Source: a bacterium (GTDB lineage Bacteria > Patescibacteriota > Saccharimonadia > Saccharimonadales > Saccharimonadaceae). From it: a stretch of DNA of 64,000 nt. How positions within the stretch are numbered: the first letter of the stretch is position 1; every line of letters starts with the position of its first letter. Made by a program: the position numbers and the translations under genes. The notes under the pieces are model-generated. The model was not told the DNA's origin, made no database searches, and saw only the letters and a program-made list of their open reading frames with translations. Below, piece after piece: positions 62,934 to 64,000 of the stretch. Location: contig JAUIFG010000003.1 of assembly GCA_030429445.1 (NCBI GenBank), positions 9,099-73,098 on the forward strand. Reading direction: 5' to 3'.

Positions 62934-64000
62934 TTATGCATTTGCTTCAGAACGTCGTCGCCACAATGCGTACAGTGCGGCAAGGCCAGCAAGAATCAAT
63001 AGCCACCAGTACCATGCGAGGCCAAAGATTGTCCATTCGCTATCGTTTTGGTCAGAAGTACCGAGGATATCTTCGCTAACTGTTTTCGTGTCGCTATTAT
63101 CACCTTCAGTTTGTGCACCCAAAACTTCTTGATCATCAGTATTCGTTGTTGCGTTATCTGGATCAGGAGTTACGGTAGTGCTGATAGTAGCAGGAGTTGT
63201 CTCGGTAGCAGGTATCTCCTCAACCGTGATAGTGCCCGGTACTGTTATTGCGTTACCATACGTATCGGTACTAACAACCTCGATATCATGCGTACCAGTA
63301 GTCTGTGTTGGGAATGTATACGTCCAGTCATATGTGCCGTCACCATTTACAACCGTATCAACCGTCGCCAAGACTCCGTCAACCGTCACGACATCATCTG
63401 CGCCGTCAGTTGTACCAGTGATAGTTGGCGTTAGGCTTGTGCCGGTGTAGCCACCTACTGTTAGTGCTGGTGCCGTATTATCAACCGTAATTGTTACCGA
63501 ATCACTGGCTGGGTTGCCCGCAGCATCTGTACCTTCAAACGTGATTACATAAACACCGCTTGCGAAGCCAGTTGTATCCCAATCGTAGCTTGTAAAGACA
63601 GCTTCATCAGCTTCAGTCTGAACGGGCGTACCGTCAATCGAAAGAGTATAGCTCACTGCATCGTCACTCGTACCAGTTATTGGTACTAAAGCGTTGTGCC
63701 CGACCGTTGCACTATCAAGTGCATCAGTGATGTCTACTACTGGAGCAGTTGTATCGATTGTTACTGTCTTTACAACATCGACAGATCGGTTGCCACTGCT
63801 AGCCGTACCGCCGGCTAAGTCTCGAGCAGCAACAGTAATCGTATATTCTCCATCTTCTGTTAACGTATAGAGTAGTTTATCGGTAATACCGCTACTGAGA
63901 ACTGTTTGACTCTTTATGACAGAGCCGTTCTTTTTAATCTGAAACCAGTAGTGGCGCAAATTAGCATCGCTTACCGACGCTCGAACTTCGACATCACCGT
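62934..64000 (-). CDS. Large Ig-like-repeat surface protein, C-terminal part (gene continues beyond the right edge)
   Basis: Repeated T/D/V-rich beta-type modules with recurring TAP(A/V) motifs (TIDTTAPVVDITDA, TVDNTAPALTV). C-terminal TM plus RRRSE. I translated upstream of the TTG at 63959 and the frame stays open to position 64000. Confidence 0.7.
   Translation of the reverse strand, partial: GDVEVRASVSDANLRHYWFQIKKNGSVIKSQTVLSSGITDKLLYTLTEDGEYTITVAARDLAGGTASSGNRSVDVVKTVTIDTTAPVVDITDALDSATVGHNALVPITGTSDDAVSYTLSIDGTPVQTEADEAVFTSYDWDTTGFASGVYVITFEGTDAAGNPASDSVTITVDNTAPALTVGGYTGTSLTPTITGTTDGADDVVTVDGVLATVDTVVNGDGTYDWTYTFPTQTTGTHDIEVVSTDTYGNAITVPGTITVEEIPATETTPATISTTVTPDPDNATTNTDDQEVLGAQTEGDNSDTKTVSEDILGTSDQNDSEWTIFGLAWYWWLLILAGLAALYALWRRRSEANA

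Noticed and set aside
63957-63959. TTG at 63959 given as the start of the 341-aa ORF
   Set aside because: Manual translation upstream (…GDVEVRASVSDAN-LRHYWF…) shows the frame stays open to the window edge. The gene is therefore a C-terminal fragment of a larger protein.
1-64000. tRNA, rRNA, tmRNA, RNase P RNA, SRP RNA, CRISPR repeats, IS elements, integrases, prophage genes
   Set aside because: I inspected the few intergenic gaps longer than 80 bp. I saw no cloverleaf-like GTTCGAATC-type T-arms, no conserved RNase P or SRP motifs, no regularly spaced direct repeats, and no transposase- or integrase-like translations. A by-eye scan cannot fully exclude small ncRNAs.

Overview
This 64-kb window is gene-dense, mostly transcribed on the minus strand, and dominated by housekeeping genes of a small-genome bacterium. 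The core genes are secA, serS, lysS, proS, glyQS, prfA, prfB, prmC, rpsB-tsf-frr, rplU, rpmA, rpmE, greA, hpf, recO, xseAB and parAB. The envelope genes are of the monoderm (Gram-positive) type: sortase, LCP protein, FtsEX with two PcsB-like CHAP hydrolases, an S41 protease, MurD/MurI, signal peptidase I, HtrA and a site-2 protease. Tight packing, many 1-4 nt gene overlaps, and the absence of pyrH/uppS/cdsA from the rpsB-tsf-frr cluster suggest a reduced genome. A Patescibacteria/CPR (Saccharibacteria-like) origin is possible, but that is inference only. I recognised no rRNA, tRNA, CRISPR array, transposase or integrase. The most notable locus is 3221-4823. It holds a clear Pup gene (prokaryotic ubiquitin-like protein, ending in GGQ) lying tail-to-tail with a single divergent PafA/Dop-family enzyme, and no Mpa/ARC or proteasome gene is present in the window. 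Other points worth a second look: (1) a minimal Ica/Pga-like exopolysaccharide module of deacetylase, processive GT2 and a 56-aa membrane peptide, next to a sortase; (2) a histidine-kinase-like and receiver-like pair that both appear to lack their phospho-acceptor residues and are translationally coupled to recO; (3) a 626-bp ORF-poor gap (14454-15079) with hand-found small ORFs and strong hairpins; (4) an AT-rich orphan coiled-coil membrane protein; (5) a GC-rich gene for a small Cys-rich secreted protein; (6) a recurring -10 box 6-9 nt upstream of ATG that suggests many leaderless mRNAs. All calls rest on reading the supplied ORF translations and the raw sequence. No searches were run.
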